Shown here: piece by piece, positions 12,213 through 26,145 of the stretch | Position numbering within the stretch: position 1 is the stretch's first letter | Layout: each line of letters begins with the position of its first letter | Notes under the pieces: model-generated | Databases searched by the model: none | What the model was told of the DNA's origin: nothing | The model's input: the letters and a program-made list of their open reading frames with translations, nothing else | Made by a program: the position numbers and the translations under genes | From: Malacoraja senta | Taxonomy: Eukaryota | Assembly: GCA_038087875.1 (NCBI GenBank) | Contig: CM075999.1 | Span: forward strand, 622,001-686,000 | Reading direction: 5' to 3' | Length of the DNA stretch: 64,000 nucleotides

Positions 12213-12900
12213 ATCTCTAAAAACTACTTTGATGTACAGCAGTCAATAACATTGTGTGGATTGTTATATGTGCAGCAACATTTTTTTGCCTACAAAAAAA
12301 GCACTACAAGACGTTTTAATCTTCCGAATCAATCGTTCTGATGCAAACGAAGCAAGCATTATTTTAACAGACTTTGTTGAATAGCAATGACAGCAAAAAA
12401 ACATAGATCTGAAGATTCAGAAATTGTGGACAGTTTCACATGGATATGAAAAGAATGGAAGGATATGGATCACGTGCAGAGCGTGGAGATTAACCTGGCA
12501 TTATGTTCGGTAGGGACTTTGTGGGCCGAAGCGCCTGTTCCTGTTCTATGTTTCTAGGTTCAATCAGCCTCGTGCAGTGTCATTCGTACTTCATGCAAAC
12601 CTGCTGAGCACGTTACTGGATGAAGGCTCCACCCTAACCTATGAGGTCCTGCACCAAAACAGGGCACACCCAGAACAATGTTGTTAAAAAAAAGATGCGT
12701 ATGACATTTGGAGACATTCAAAAGCATTCATCCTCATACAATTAAAATAATTGAAGAAAAACAAACTTAAATAAAACAAACAACGTTCCACAAAGAGTCT
12801 TGCGTACAGAAAATAAGAAGACTGAAAGTAGACATAAGTATTACTGGTCATGGAGAAGTGCTCTTGTTAGATTGATATGCTTTAAGGTACTTGATATTCT

Positions 12901-13452
12901 TTTTTTTTTTTTTTTTTTTAATTTTTATTTATTAGAAGTACATTACATTACAACCACATACATTAATACTCGTCATTTATATCTTCTTACAATTAATGTA
13001 CTCCCTTTATTTATTTTTTTACACTAGAAAAAGAAAAGATTGAAAGAGAGAAGAAAGTGAAGGAAAAAGTGCAAGTGTAGAAAAGTGTAGAAAATGTAAC
13101 AACAAAAAAGGACGAAGACCCTATAAGAGCGAAATTAAAAACAAAAAGAAAAAGAGTTAAAAAATAGGCCCTAAGAAAAGAAAAGAGAAAGAGAAAAAAA
13201 GAGAAACAAATGTTTTTTTTTTTTTTGAGCATCACGTAAATAGGACATACCAACTCTTCAACTATCACCCCCCCTTACCTGACCTCAATTTTTTATTTTT
13301 TTTAAAGTACTTTTGCACCCTATGTTTGTAATAATTCTATAAATGCAGACCACGTCAGGTGGAAGTGATCTGGTTTACCTGCTAGGAGGAGTCTTATCTC
13401 TTCAAGGTGTAATGTTTCAAACATATTTGAAATCCACATATTTATAGTTGGT
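12901..13452 (-). mobile_element. L1-clade LINE 3' fragment with 16-bp TSD
   Basis: Poly(T) at ~12900-12919. The minus strand encodes PTINMWISNMFETLHLEEIRLLLAGKPDHFHLTWSAFIELLQT*. TSD AGGTACTTGATATTCT at 12885-12900 and 13453-13468. Confidence 0.9.
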
Positions 13453-15189
13453 AGGTACTTGATATTCTAATGGTGTGAACCTGGTAGCTCTAATCTGATG
13501 TGCTGCACACATCATAAATATTCCTTGAGAATTGGGGTCATATTTGATTTGGAGATAGAAAAGTATAAAAATGACCATCAACTAAAGGTCTCCTCATTGA
13601 TGACGACAAGGAACATCAGACCATATTGGAGTGTTTCTATTTGGTCAATAAACCATCAGAACAGCATAAATCATCAGAACATCAGAATGACCTTCATTGC
13701 TATAGGTTAGAAGCATTTAATTAATGTTCCATTCACTGAGCCCATCACTGCCACCACTATTATACTTATATTGAAAATATTTATCTGAATACATTGAGGT
13801 TTTGTTGAGGCAAGCTCCCTTTAAAAAATCCTTTATTTTAATTACAGATTCATGCTGTTGGCAAGGTTGCAATGTGATGAGTGTCCAGTTTGACTGTTTA
13901 AACTTTTAAACTGAGCTTGCATCTCTTATAAGGAAGGTGCATCAAGGATGCAGCAGGTTCTGACAGGTATCCAGAAATCCATTCCGATCAGAAAGAAATT
14001 GAAGAATGACACAGCATGGAACTAAGCAGGTTCCAACAGGGCAGTGGAGACCTTGGTGCCTGATTGGAGTGAGAGAAGTACATTCTAACTCAACATTCTA
14101 TTCAAACTCTGAAGGCTGTGGAGGGATTACTGCCCCCTCTAATTGTGACAATCAACATCTGGTATCAAGCCATGAGAACCCAGACGCAATGCCTCAATGA
14201 GCTCAGGCCAGCACTCAAGAAGAGTGAATGCATCTTCAAATGCTGTGTTCTACAATTGCAACTGCAAAAAATGTTTGATGCAACATTCCACGATCACTCA
14301 CTCACCAATAAATCCCATCATTCAATTATCATACTTTAACATGATAGTCTGCTTCCATCCACGTAATTGGATGCAACATTCCGTAAATATGCTAAACTCA
14401 AACGTAGTCCATGTCCAAGTCTCAAGAGGATTCCGAAGAATGATTCAAAATTCCAAACTAATGACACTTAAGAAACCAAAGGATGAGTTGACGAGCTAGG
14501 GAAGGGTGAAGCAACTTTTTCTCTCCATCATGCTTGCGTCCATTGTCACACTTGTTGTGCATCTATATAGAAAAAGGTGTCTTAGTAAGCAAAATAAGGT
14601 GTGGCAATTTAAAATGTCACATACCAACATATTTTAATTTGCAAACTTAATATATGAATAGAAAGGGCTGAATGAAATAATTAAACAAAAAAATTGCATG
14701 TTGGCTTTGGTTCCTCTTGGACACAGTATGGCTTCCTGTAAGGGATCTATTAACCTATAAGCTTATTTAGTTGTACCTACATTTCCCTTTGAAATGGAGG
14801 AATCCAGGACATGCAATGGAATGCTAATGATCTGAATTGGACATTATGTTCTTGAATATGTCCATCATGTGTCCTTTTTTGAATCTGAGGAAACATTATC
14901 TAAGATGTTTTCTAGTTCTAAGTGAGTCACAGAATCATGGAGTCATACAGCTTGAAACATGCCATTCGGCCCACCATGCCCATACTGACTAGAGGGGACC
15001 CAACTGTCTTAATCACATTTTCTAACTCTTGCCTCATAGTTTTCTCTACCTAGGCAGTTCAAATGCTTGTCAAGACACATCAATAATTCTGCATCCACTG
15101 CTCACTCAGGCCTTATATTCCAGATCCTCACCATCCTCTGAGTGAAAAAGGTCCCCTTCCGATCCCCTCAAAATATTTTCATCCATCCC

Positions 15190-17613
15190 GTCAGACACGA
15201 GTGTGCCTTTCTCCAGGCTCACTGTTGTAGGAGTTAAATCGGCTTTCCTGAGGGTAAACCCACAGAAAGCAACTTGTCCAGATGATGTCCCTGACCCCAT
15301 TCTTAGGAACTACCCAAACTAACTAGCGGGAGTGATGAGGGAGATCTTTAATATCTGCCTACTCCATTCCGGGGTACCCACCTGCTTCAAGAAGACCACT
15401 ATCATCCTGGTGCCAATGAAAAGCAAGATCTCATGCCTTTATGACTACCGCCTAGTGACATTGACATCTACAATCATGAAATGCTTCAAGAGGTTTGTAA
15501 TGGCACACATTAAATCCAACCTAGCAAGCGTCATTGATCCACTGAAGTTCACTTACCACCACAGCAGGTCAATGGCTGATGCCATCTCCCTGGCCCAACA
15601 CTTACCCATTGAACACCTAGATAAGAAGGATACCTACACCAGACACCTATTCATAGACTACAGCTCTGCTTTCAGTACATTAAACCAACAAAGCTTATCT
15701 CCAAACTCATGGAACTTGGAGTCAGCACTCTCCTCTGCAAATGGATTGTTGATGTCCTGATCAACAGATCACAATCAGTGAGGATAAGTAACAAATCATC
15801 CTCTCTGATGATCCTCAACACTGGTGCTCGCATGGATGAGGTCTCAGCCCACTACTATACTCCATATACACTCATGACTATGCAGGCAATCCAATTCAAT
15901 TTGCAAATTTGCAGACGACACCACCATAGTGCGATGGATATCAAATAATGACGAGACGAGGTGCAAGGAGATTGATGGCCTGTTTGCTTTATCAACAGCT
16001 AACTACAGTATGGCCTGTTTTCTTTATCATTGTTACTTTTCTACATATCTTTTTTTCATTGGAGGAGCCATCTTGAGGAACGGCTGCCAAACAGCAGCCG
16101 TGCGTTAATTGTACTTATTTTTCTAGTTTTTAGTTTTTATTTAAGTCTCTGTTTTTCTTTATTTTGCATTTCGATGTGGGGGGAATCAAGGGGAAACTAC
16201 CTCCTGGTCCCTACCTGGTCGGTGAGGCAGCCTTCTCTCCGGCTGCCCAGTCGACCCGTCCTTGTGGCCTACCAGCGGGCGTGGAGCGGCGTGGAGCGGC
16301 GTTTCCCGACGGGGGCGCACAGCACCCTCAGCTTCGGTGGCGGCACGGCGCTGGAGCGCTATTGTGCAGCGGAGCGGGCGATGCCTTGCCTGGGTCGCCG
16401 CGCTGGACCGACGCGCTGGAGCTCCGGTGAGCTGGACCGCCGAGCTCAACACCTCCGGGCTGAGGGACTGTGGAGCAACCATCCGCGGGCGGCGGCGCTG
16501 ACTCTAACATCGGGAGCCTCGTGGCTCCAAATCGGTGCGGCCTTTTCGGCTTCAGGTGCTGCGGACGCCTGCGGGAAATCTGCCGTTCCAGCCGTAGTTG
16601 CGGCCTCCGGTGAGGAATGCGGCCGTTCCAGGTGGCCCAGCTGCTGGAGGACTCTCCCGACGCCGGGGCTACATCACCCGGCGAGAACGGCCAGGATCAT
16701 CAGGCCTCCGTAGAGGCAATAGCGGGGGCCTCATTTGGCCTGACTTTTTGGTTGAACTGGGGCTGGGGACTGGACATTGTGCCTTCCCCCACAGTGGAAA
16801 TCATTGTGGGGGGATGATTTTTGTTTGTAATTGTTTGTAATTGTATTTGTTAGTCTGTGTTCAAGATGGCAGTCGGAGGGGAGAGTGGACGCTGGCGCGG
16901 TTTCGCTGCCGCTGCTCTCTCCTCAAATTGTGTTTCTGATTTTCTTTTTTGTGTTTTTGGAAGGAATTCTGTCCCTGATTTGTGTATTGGCCTTTATAAC
17001 TTATTTTTTTAATTCTGATTATTCTGATTATATGTTAACCATAAATCTCTGTAAGGTGTCCTTGAGACCTCGGTATAAGGCGCCCATAAATAAAATTCAT
17101 TATTATTATTATTATTGTTGTTTATCCCTCCACATCATCGTCTATATCTCTTGTTTCCCTTAACCCTAACCAGTCTGAAGAAGGGTCTCGTCCCGAGACG
17201 TCACCCATTCCTTCACTCCAGAGATGGTGCCTATCCCGCTGAGTTACTCCAGCTTTTTGTGTCTATCTTGAGAACCTCATAGCCTGGCGCCAAGTCAACA
17301 ACCTCTCCCTCAATGTAAGCAAGACAAAGGAGATTGTGATTGACTTCAGGAAGCGAAACTGTAAAAACTGTAAAAACACCCTGCTATATATTGATGGCGC
17401 TGAAGTAGAGATGGTCGAAAGCTTCAAGTTCTTAGGAATAAATATTCCCGGCAATTTATCCTGAACCGGCCAAGTCGAAGAAATGGCTAAGAAAGCACAT
17501 CAACACCTCTACTTCCTTAGAAGGCTTAAGAGGTTTGGCACGTCCCCAACAACCCTCACCAATTTTTGCAGATGTGTCATAGAAAGCATTTTATCGGGTC
17601 GCATCACAGCTTG
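15190..17613 (+). mobile_element. Rex1/Babar-clade LINE RT fragment (copy 1), interrupted by a Penelope-like terminal fragment and a GC-rich element
   Basis: EIFNICLLHSGVPTCFKKTTII…DYR…LTSTIMKCF, FIDYSSAF and KKAHQHLYFLRRLKRFG motifs, with stops and frameshifts. Confidence 0.85.
16061..17116 (+). mobile_element. GC-rich non-autonomous retroelement with L2-like 3' tail
   Basis: Absent from the paralogous copy at ~20460. Starts GGAGGAGCCATCTTG and ends …GTAAGGTGTCCTTGAG…GGCGCCCATAAATAAAATTCAT(TAT)n. Homologous to 24410-25367. Confidence 0.85.
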
Positions 17614-18706
17614 CACTCATTATTTTAAATATTTTCAGATTTGCAATTTCTTGAAGACATACATACAGGGATATCAAAAAATAACTCCTGATTTACTAGA
17701 AGAAGTAATGAATATTAAAGCTGACACACAAAAATTAATATCATATTTATATAATAGTATCTTAAATATAGATTTACCTGCGACCGAGGTAATTAGAGAA
17801 GAGTGGGAACGGGAATTATTGATAAAAATTACGAAGGCTACATGGGAAAAGTATTTGACATACATTCACAAATGTTCGATTAACGCAAGACATAATCTAA
17901 TCCAATTTAAAATTTTACATAGATTATATTACTCAAAAATAAGATTAAATAAATTGTATCTAAATATATCCCCCATTTGTGATAAATGTTTAACCCAAGA
18001 CGCAACTATAACACACTCTTTTGTTTCTTGTATAAAACTTCATGGATTTTGGAGTGATATTTTCGAAATATTCACAAAATTATTTAAGACAAAAATGGAA
18101 CCCAATAATGAATTGATTATATTTGGGGTAATGGAAGATGGGAGCAAATTGAACCCATCTCAAAAATTATTTTTAAATTATGGTTTAATAATAGCAAAAA
18201 AATTAATATTGAAATTTTGGAAAAATACACCAATACCAACGCTCAAAATGTGGATTGCAAGTATGTTGGATACCGCACATTTTGAGGAAATGCGATTCCT
18301 CCTAATAGATAAATTTGACCAATTCATAACGAGTTGGTCTCCATTTGTCGTCTTTTTGGAAACATATGGTGCAACACAAGTGTAAAAGCTAATCCGTGAC
18401 TGGGTGAGGAATGGTCAAGATTATAAATACGATCTCCTTACTTCTCTTTTCTTTTTCTTCTCTTTTCTTCTTTTACTCTTTTTCTTCTATTTTCTATTTC
18501 TTAACTTTCTTCTTTCACTCACTATTTTTATTTTTCACACACTATATATCTCACATTTTTCTATTCTTCATTATCTAATTTCTTTTTCTTTTTCTTCTTT
18601 ATTACAAAGTTTAAAAAATAAGAAGCTGTACATAAAATGTATTATGAAAATATGATTGTATACAATTGTACTTACTTCTAATAAAAAATAAATAAATAAA
18701 AAAAAA
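17614..18706 (+). mobile_element. L1-clade LINE ORF2 3' fragment (zf-RVT region) with 3' UTR and poly(A)
   Basis: QFKILHRLYYSK…CDKC…HSFVSC…LILKFWK…W motifs, a T-rich 3' UTR, AATAAA and an A-rich tail. Confidence 0.9.
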
Positions 18707-18739
18707 TTAAGGACAAAACCCCCCCCCCCCAAAAAAACC

Positions 18740-20949
18740 CATGATAGTCTGCTTCCATCCACGTAATTGGATGCAACATTCCGTAAATATGCTAAACTCA
18801 AACGTAGTGCATGTCCAAGCCTCAAGAGGATTCCGAAGAATGATTCAAAATTCCAAACTAATGACACTTAAGAAACCAAAGGATGAGTTGACGAGCTAGG
18901 GAAGGGTGAAGCAACTTTTTCTCTCCATCATGCTTGCGTCCATTGTCACACTTGTTGTGCATCTATATAGAAAAAGGTGTCTTAGTAAGCAAAATAAGGT
19001 GTGGCAATTTAAAATGTCACTCATACCAACATATTTTAATTTGCAAACTTAATATATGAATAGAAAGGGCTGAATGAAATAATTAAACAAAAAAATTGCA
19101 TGTTCGCTTTGGTTCCTCTTGGACACAGTATGGCTTCCTGTAAGGGATCTATTAACCTATAAGCTTATTTGGTTGTACCTACATTTCCCTTTGAAATGGA
19201 GGAATCCAGGACATGCAATGGAATGCTAATGATCTGAATTGGACATTATGTTCTTGAATATGTCCATCATGTGTCCTTTTTTGAATCTGAGGAAACATTA
19301 TCTAAGATGTTTTCTAGTTCTAAGTGAGTCACAGAATCATGGAGTCATACAGCTTGAAACATGCCATTCGGCCCACCATGCCCATACTGACTAGAGGGGA
19401 CCCAACTGTCTTAATCACATTTTCTAACTCTTGCCTCATAGTTTTCTCTACCTAGGCAGTTCAAATGCTTGTCAAGACACATCAACAATTCTGCATCCAC
19501 CGCTCACTCAGGCCTTATATTCCAGATCCTCACCATCCTCTGAGTGAAGAAGGTCCCCTTCAGATCCCCTCAAAATATTTTCATCCATCCCGTCAGACAC
19601 GAGTGTGCCTTTCTCCAGGCTCACTGTTGTAGGAGTTAAATCGGCTTTCCTGAGGGTAAACCCACAGAAAGCAACTTGTCCAGATGATGTCCCTGACCCC
19701 ATTCTTAGGAACTACCCAAACTAACTAGCGGGAGTGATGAGGGAGATCTTTAATATCTGCCTACTCCATTCCGGGGTACCCACCTGCTTCAAGAAGACCA
19801 CTATCATCCTGGTGCCAATGAAAAGCAAGATCTCATGCCTTTATGACTACCGCCTAGTGACATTGACATCTACAATCATGAAATGCTTCAAGAGGTTCGT
19901 AATGGCACACATTAAATCCAACCTAGCAAGCGTCATTGATCCACTGAAGTTCATTTACCACCACAGTAGGTCAATGGCTGATGCCAACTCCCTGGCCCAA
20001 CACTTACCCATTGAACACCTAGATAAGAAGGACACCTACACCAGACACCTATTCATAGACTACAGCTCTGCTTTCAGTACATTAAACCAACAAAGCTTAT
20101 CTCCAAACTCATGGAACTTGGAGTCAGCACTCTCCTCTGCAAATGGATTGTTGATGTCATGATCAACAGATCACAATCAATAAGGATAAGTAACAAATCA
20201 CCCTCTATGATGATCCTCAACACTGGTACTCGCATGGATGAGGTCTCAGCCCACTACTATACTCCATATACACTCATGACTATGCAGGCAATCCAACTCA
20301 ATTTACAAATTTGCAGACGACACCACCATAGTGCGATGGATATCAAATAATGACGAGACGAGGTGCAAGAGATTGATGGCCTGTTTCCTTTATCAACAGC
20401 TAACTACAGTATGGCCTGTTTTCTTTATCATTGTTACTTTTCTACATATCTTTTATTCATTGTTGTTTATCCCTCCACATCATCGTCTATATCTCTCGTT
20501 TCCCTTAACCCTAACCAGTCTGAAGAAGGGTCTCGACCCGAGACGTCACCCATTCCTTCACTCCAGAGATGGTGCCTGTCCCGCTGAGTTACTCCAGCTT
20601 TTTGTGTCTATCTTGAGAACCTCATAGCCTGGCGCCAAGTCAACAACCTCTCCCTCAATGTAAGCAAGACAAAGGAGATTGTGATTGACTTCAGGAAGCG
20701 AAACTGTAAAAACACCCTGCTATATATTGATGGCGCTGAAGTAGAGATGGTCGAAAGCTTCAAGTTCTTAGGAATAAATATTCCCGGCAATTTGTCCTGA
20801 ACCGGCCAAGTCGAAGGAATGACTAAGAAAGCACATCAACACCTCTACTTCCTTAGAAGGCTTAAGAGGTTTGGCACGTCCCCAACAACCCTCACCAATT
20901 TTTGCAGATGTGTCATAGAAAGCATTTTATCTGGACGCATCACAGCTTG
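18740..20949. repeat. Copy 2 of the ~2.2 kb direct duplication (includes a second Rex1/Babar fragment that continues to ~21090)
   Basis: Matches 14340-17613 minus the GC-rich insertion. ORFs 19508/19734/20111 mirror 15106/15332/15709. Confidence 0.95.
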
Positions 20950-22231
20950 GTTTGTGAACAGCTCCACCCACGACTGCAAGAAAATGTAGGGAGTTGTGGA
21001 CGTCGCCCCTGTATAATCTTTTCTTTGGCTGAATAGCATGGAATTAAGTTTTTTGCTGTAACTCAGTGACAATAATAAACTTAACTAAACTAAATCTCAC
21101 CCTAAACCTAAGTCCTCTAGCTTTAGTCCATGCTCACTGCCATGTCGACCCACGCTAATCCAGTTTGCCTGCACTGGGCCCAAATTTTTCTATGCCCTTC
21201 CTGTCCAAGTACCTTCCAAATGCCTTTTGAATGTTATACTTGTATCTGTTTCTACCACTTCCTCTGGAAGCTCATTCCATATAACAGCCGCCATCAGTCC
21301 TCTTTCTCACCTTAAACCTGAGCCTTCTAAGTTAAGATTATCCTATCCTGGGAAAAAAAACTGATCATCTATTCTATCTAGTCCGATCATCATTTTATAA
21401 ATCCCTATAAGGTTACCTCTCAGCCTCCAACATTGCAGTAAGAATAAACACAGTCAATCAGACCTATTTTCTAACAACATTATGGGAAAACAACTATCTT
21501 AGATTTGGAAGGTACACAAAAATGTTGGAGCGAAGGAGATAGGCAACATTTCGGGCCGAAACCCTTCTATCTTAGATTTGGTTTAGCTTATGTCAAAGTG
21601 GGCATGGTCAATCTTCGAATTAGCTGTGAGCTGAGTTAATAATCACTCATCCTGTTTACCCTGCCATTGCTTATTATATTTTTGTGAATTCTGTCATCTA
21701 CTGATGAGACATAGTCATAGGGTCATACAGCACAGAAACAGGTCCTTCGGCCCAGCTTGCCCATGCTGACCACGATGCCCCATCTTCACTTGCCCCACCA
21801 GCCTGCATTTAGCCCACATCCCTCTGAACCATTCCTATCCATGTATCTGTCCAAATGTCTATTAAATGTTGTTATAGTACCTGCCTCAACTACCTCTCCT
21901 GGCATTTCATTTCATACATCCACCCTCAATGTGAAAACGTGAACAATAACTGTTGATGAGTCTACCATACTATCCGTATTACACTTTCATTAATCCTAGC
22001 TAGCTTAATAGCTTCAAGGTTTTAATGAGTCAAATTTTCCTTAAATAATTAATGCAATGATTCCCCGTTGTAATTCCCCAGAATATTAACATTTATAACT
22101 CTCTTTATTTGGCTTCAGTCAATTCATATGTTATATTTAAACTTGATATCCATATGATTCATAAAGTCCCAGTTTTCAAATTTCATCAAAAGCTAAGGTC
22201 CGTGACAATTGCAATCTGATTGAAGAGCAAG

Positions 22232-23500
22232 AAGTCAAGTCAAGTCACATTTATTTATATAGCACATTTAAAAAACAACTCTTGTTGGCCAAAGTGCTTT
22301 ACATTTGTTATAAGAATAATATAAACAAACAAACTTCATACATATATACATATAGCCCTCGCTCAGAGGACGTCAAGAAAGGCTTGGGAGTATAGATAAA
22401 TTTTTAGTCTTGACTTAAAGGAGTCGATGGAGAGAGCAGTTCTGATGGGAAGGGGGATGCTGTTCCACAGTCTAGGAGCTGCAACCGCAAAGGCGCGGTC
22501 GCCCCTGAGCTTATGCCTAGACCGTGGGATATTCAGCAAACCCAAGTCGGCCGATCTGAGGGACCTGGAGGTGGAGTGGTGGGTGAGAAGACTTTTAATG
22601 TAGGTGGGGGCAAGCCCATTGAGGGCTTTGTAGACATAGAGGAGGATCTTGAAATGTATACGGAACCGCACAGGGAGCCAGTGGAGAGAGGCCAGGATCA
22701 GGGTGATGTGGTCCCTTTTTCGGGTGCCCGTCAGGAGTCTCGCTGCGGCGTTTTGGACCAGTTGCAGGCGGGACAGGGACGATTGGCTGATGCCAGTGTA
22801 AAGGGAGTTGCAGTAATCTAGGCGGGAGGAGATAAATGTGTGGATGATCTTTTCGAGGTCATCAAAGTGTAGGAATTGCTTTATTTTAGCTATCGTCCGA
22901 AGCTGAAAGAAGCTAGCTTTTACCACGGCATTGACTTGTTTGTCATATTTCAGTGCTGAGTCAAATATCACGCCAAGATTTTTGACGTGAGGTTTGAGTA
23001 GTGGGGTAAGGCTTCCAAGGCTGCCTGCTATATTTTGATTGAGTCCGAGGGGCCGAGAAGGATGACCTCAGACCTACTCTCGTTTAGTTGGAGGAAGTTC
23101 TGGGCCATCCAACACTTTATATCCTCGAGGTAGCGTGTAAGATTAAGCAGATTTGATTGTTTTTTGGGCTTCAGGGGGAGATAGAGTTGTGTATCGTCTG
23201 CGTAGCAATGGAAGGAAATGCCGTGCCTTTCAATGACTTGGCCTAAGGGGAGCATATACAAGGAGAAGAGAATGGGGCCAAGGATGGAACCTTGTGGAAC
23301 CCCACAGCAGAGATTAGCTGGGGAGGAGAAAGAGTTGCCTATGTTAGTCTAGAAACTCCTACCTTTGAGGTAGGAGATGAACCAGCTCAGGGCAGTGCCA
23401 CCAACCCCGTACCGGAGACGGTCAATTAGGATGGTGTGGTCGACAGTATCAAATGCTGCGCTGAGGTCAAGAAGGAGCAGGATTGCACAGTCGCCGGAAG
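22232..23500 (-). mobile_element. L2-clade LINE, 5'-truncated
   Basis: [34 protein letters not shown] and SRLDYCNSL…LQLVQNAAARLLT…LHWLPVRFRI…GDRAFAVAAPRLWN motifs. Tail is (CTTGA)n, seen as AAGTCAAGTCAAGTC on the + strand. Confidence 0.93.
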
Positions 23501-24409
23501 ACTGATTATGAAGAACAAAGCCTCACTTCTATAAAGTATTAACAACATTTGTTCAGACATTACAAATCTTTATGAACAAATGACTAATAATCTTTTTCGT
23601 TTCCATGTTGTGGGTCATTTTGCATGATGTAAGCAACATGACTCATGGGGATACCCAGCAGATCAGACAACACCCGGAGGGAAAGGCATGGAGTCAATAT
23701 TCCAGACTCTTTGTTGGAACTAAGTAAAAGGAGAAAGCAAACTTGTTTTTTGTTGCTGAGAAGGGTAAAGGATGAAGAGAAAATTGGAAATGACTGTGAC
23801 AAGGTGGATACACAGAGAGACAACAAGGTGAATGGTGCTGGTACCTGCTGAGAGAGGTGGCAATGGCTTACAAACAGAAAATGAGCGAGAACAGAGGAGA
23901 GAGAAAAAAATGGAAACAACACATGGAGTCTGGTTAGTAAGGCAGATGAAAGTAAAATGTTGATCAATAGATGGAAATATGATATTGGTGGTATCACAGC
24001 AACATGGCTGAACTAGCAACTTAACATTATAGGATACAGTTTTCTGGTGTGATGGGAGGAGATGTAAAGGAGGTGATATTGCAATATTGATTGCAGTGTC
24101 CATCATTAATTAAGGGGAAATTCATGCAAACTCTTTAAATGAGGTCTTATAGACAGATTTTAGGAGCAAAGTGGGTGCAACCGCTTTGCTGCGCGAACAA
24201 TACAAGCACCCTAATAGTCAACAGAAAATTGTTGAGTTGATATGTGGACAAATCACAGAGAGGTTTAGGAGTAATAAGGTTGGAGTAGTAGGGGATTTCA
24301 ACTTCCCAATATTAACAGGGATTACCTTCGTTTGAAAACGCTGACAGGGATGAATTTTTAAAGTGTGTCCAGGAGAGCTCTTTGAGTCAGAATATAGATA
24401 ATCCAACTA

Positions 24410-25367
24410 TAATAATAATAATAATAATCATTTTATTTACTGGCGCCTTTCTAAAACCCAAGGACACCTTACAATGCATAGAATCACAACAAAACAAAAA
24501 AAACACATAATTGGAATAAATTAAATAAAAAAACACACCACAGTACACAAATCAAGGACAGAATTCAATTTCAAAAGCACCAAAAGAAAATAAGAAACAC
24601 AATTTGAGGAGAGAGCAGCGGCGACCAATTCGCGCCAGCGTCCACTCTCCCCTCCGACCGCCATCTTGTACACGGACTGACAGGCACAGGCACAGACACA
24701 GCACACAAAATCATCCCCCCACAATGACCACCACTGTGGGGGAAGGCACAATGTCCAGTCCCCAACCCAGTTCTCCCCAGAGTCAGGCCCAATGAGGCCT
24801 CCACAGTTGCCTCTACGGAGGCCCGATGTTCCTGGCCGTCGGGAGAGTCTTCGGAGCGGCTGGAACGGCCGGTTTCCCAGCGGAGTCCGTGGCACCTGAA
24901 GCCGACAGGGCCGCGCTGATTTGGAGCCACGAGGCTCCCGATGTTGGAGTCGGCGCCGCCGCCCGCAGCTGGTCGCTCCGCAGTCCCGCAGCCCGGAGGT
25001 GTTGAAGTCGGCGGTCCAGCTCACCGGAGCTCCAGCGCGTCGATCCAGCGCGGCGACCCGCTACGCTCCCCGATAGCGCTCCAGCGCTGTGCCGCCACCG
25101 AAGCTGAAGGTGCTGGGCGGTCCCCGTCAGGAAACGGCACTCCATGCCCGCTGGTAGGCCACAAGGACGGGTCGACGAGGCAGCCTGGAGAAAAAGCTGC
25201 CTCACCGACCAGGTAGGGACCTAGAAATAATTTCCCCCTTACCCCCCCACATTAAAAGTCAATAAACCCCAAACAAACAAAGAAATAAAAAACACTAAAA
25301 CTAAAGAAACAGTGAATTTGACGGACGGCTGCTCTTTAGCAGCCGTTCCTCCAAGATGGCGGCTCCC
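24410..25367 (-). mobile_element. GC-rich non-autonomous retroelement with L2-like tail (second copy)
   Basis: Reverse-complement homologue of 16061-17116 with an (ATA)n tail. It splits the CR1 NPTREE motif and has AACTA on both sides. Confidence 0.85.
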
Positions 25368-25829
25368 ACATAACTAGAGAAGAAGCGGTACTGCATCTCA
25401 TCTGCCTTCATCTGAGAATGTAGCTGGGCAAGTGGTTGAACTGTCAGTGGGAAAGTGTTTCAGAGTTACTGATCATAACTCTGTGAATTTCAAAATCGTT
25501 GTAAGGATGGTCAGGAAATTAAGGCCCTGAATTAGGGAGAAGCTGATTTCAACACATAAGGCCAGACTTGGCAAAAGTTGGCAGGAGCAGTGACATGTCG
25601 GTGAGTGTGTTTCTGACAGGTAAAACCCATTCAAAAGTGGAATAAAGAGAGTTAAGAGCCAATATGTTCTTTTGAGGCTGAAAGGCATGTTCAAGGAACC
25701 TGGATGTCTAGGGATAGATAAAGAAAAGAATTGTATGTGACAGGTGTATGGAACAGAAAACAGGGAGGCCTTGTGTGAGTTGAGGGAGGAACTTATAAAG
25801 AAAAGTTAGGATGAGAAAGTTGGGAGATA

Positions 25830-26145
25830 GTTTTAGAGATACAGCATGGAAACATGTTTTTCGGCCCACCATATCCACGCCGACCATCACAATCACGTTC
25901 ACACGAGTGGTACAGTATGTTATCCCACTTTCTCATCCAATCCCTAAACACTAGGGGGAATTTACAGGGGCCAATTAACCTAAGAATGCACACTTCTTTG
26001 GAATGTGGGAGGAAACTGGAGTACCCGGAGGAAATCCACATGGCACAGGAAGAATGTGCAAACTCCACACAGACAACACCCGAGGTCTGGATCAAATCCG
26101 GGTCTCTTGCGCAGTGAGGCAGCAGCCCTACCAGCTACACCACTC
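25830..26145 (-). mobile_element. tRNA-derived V-SINE/HE1-like SINE
   Basis: The minus strand has a tRNA-like head, a V-core (TGTGTGGAGTTTGCACATTCT…TTCCTCCCACATTCCAAAGA) and a CR1-like tail. Confidence 0.75.

Larger units (their letters stand above)
14340..17613. repeat. Copy 1 of a ~2.2 kb direct duplication (carries an extra ~1.06 kb insertion)
   Basis: Colinear and nearly identical to 18740-20949 except for the insertion at 16061-17116. Confidence 0.95.

Noticed and set aside
13500..14300. Possible Harbinger-transposase fossil (CCVL-like motif near 14240)
   Set aside because: Too degraded to support by eye and would need a translated HMM search.
16030..16713. 227-aa Arg/Ala/Gly-rich ORF and similar ORFs at 24.5-25.2, 38.8-39.4 and 49.1-49.8 kb
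   Set aside because: Stop-poor GC-rich repeat DNA. Frames are not conserved between copies.
17483..18385. 300-aa ORF as a novel gene
   Set aside because: Chance in-frame join of a Rex1/Babar RT tail (to 17613) and an L1 ORF2 C-terminus at an insertion junction.
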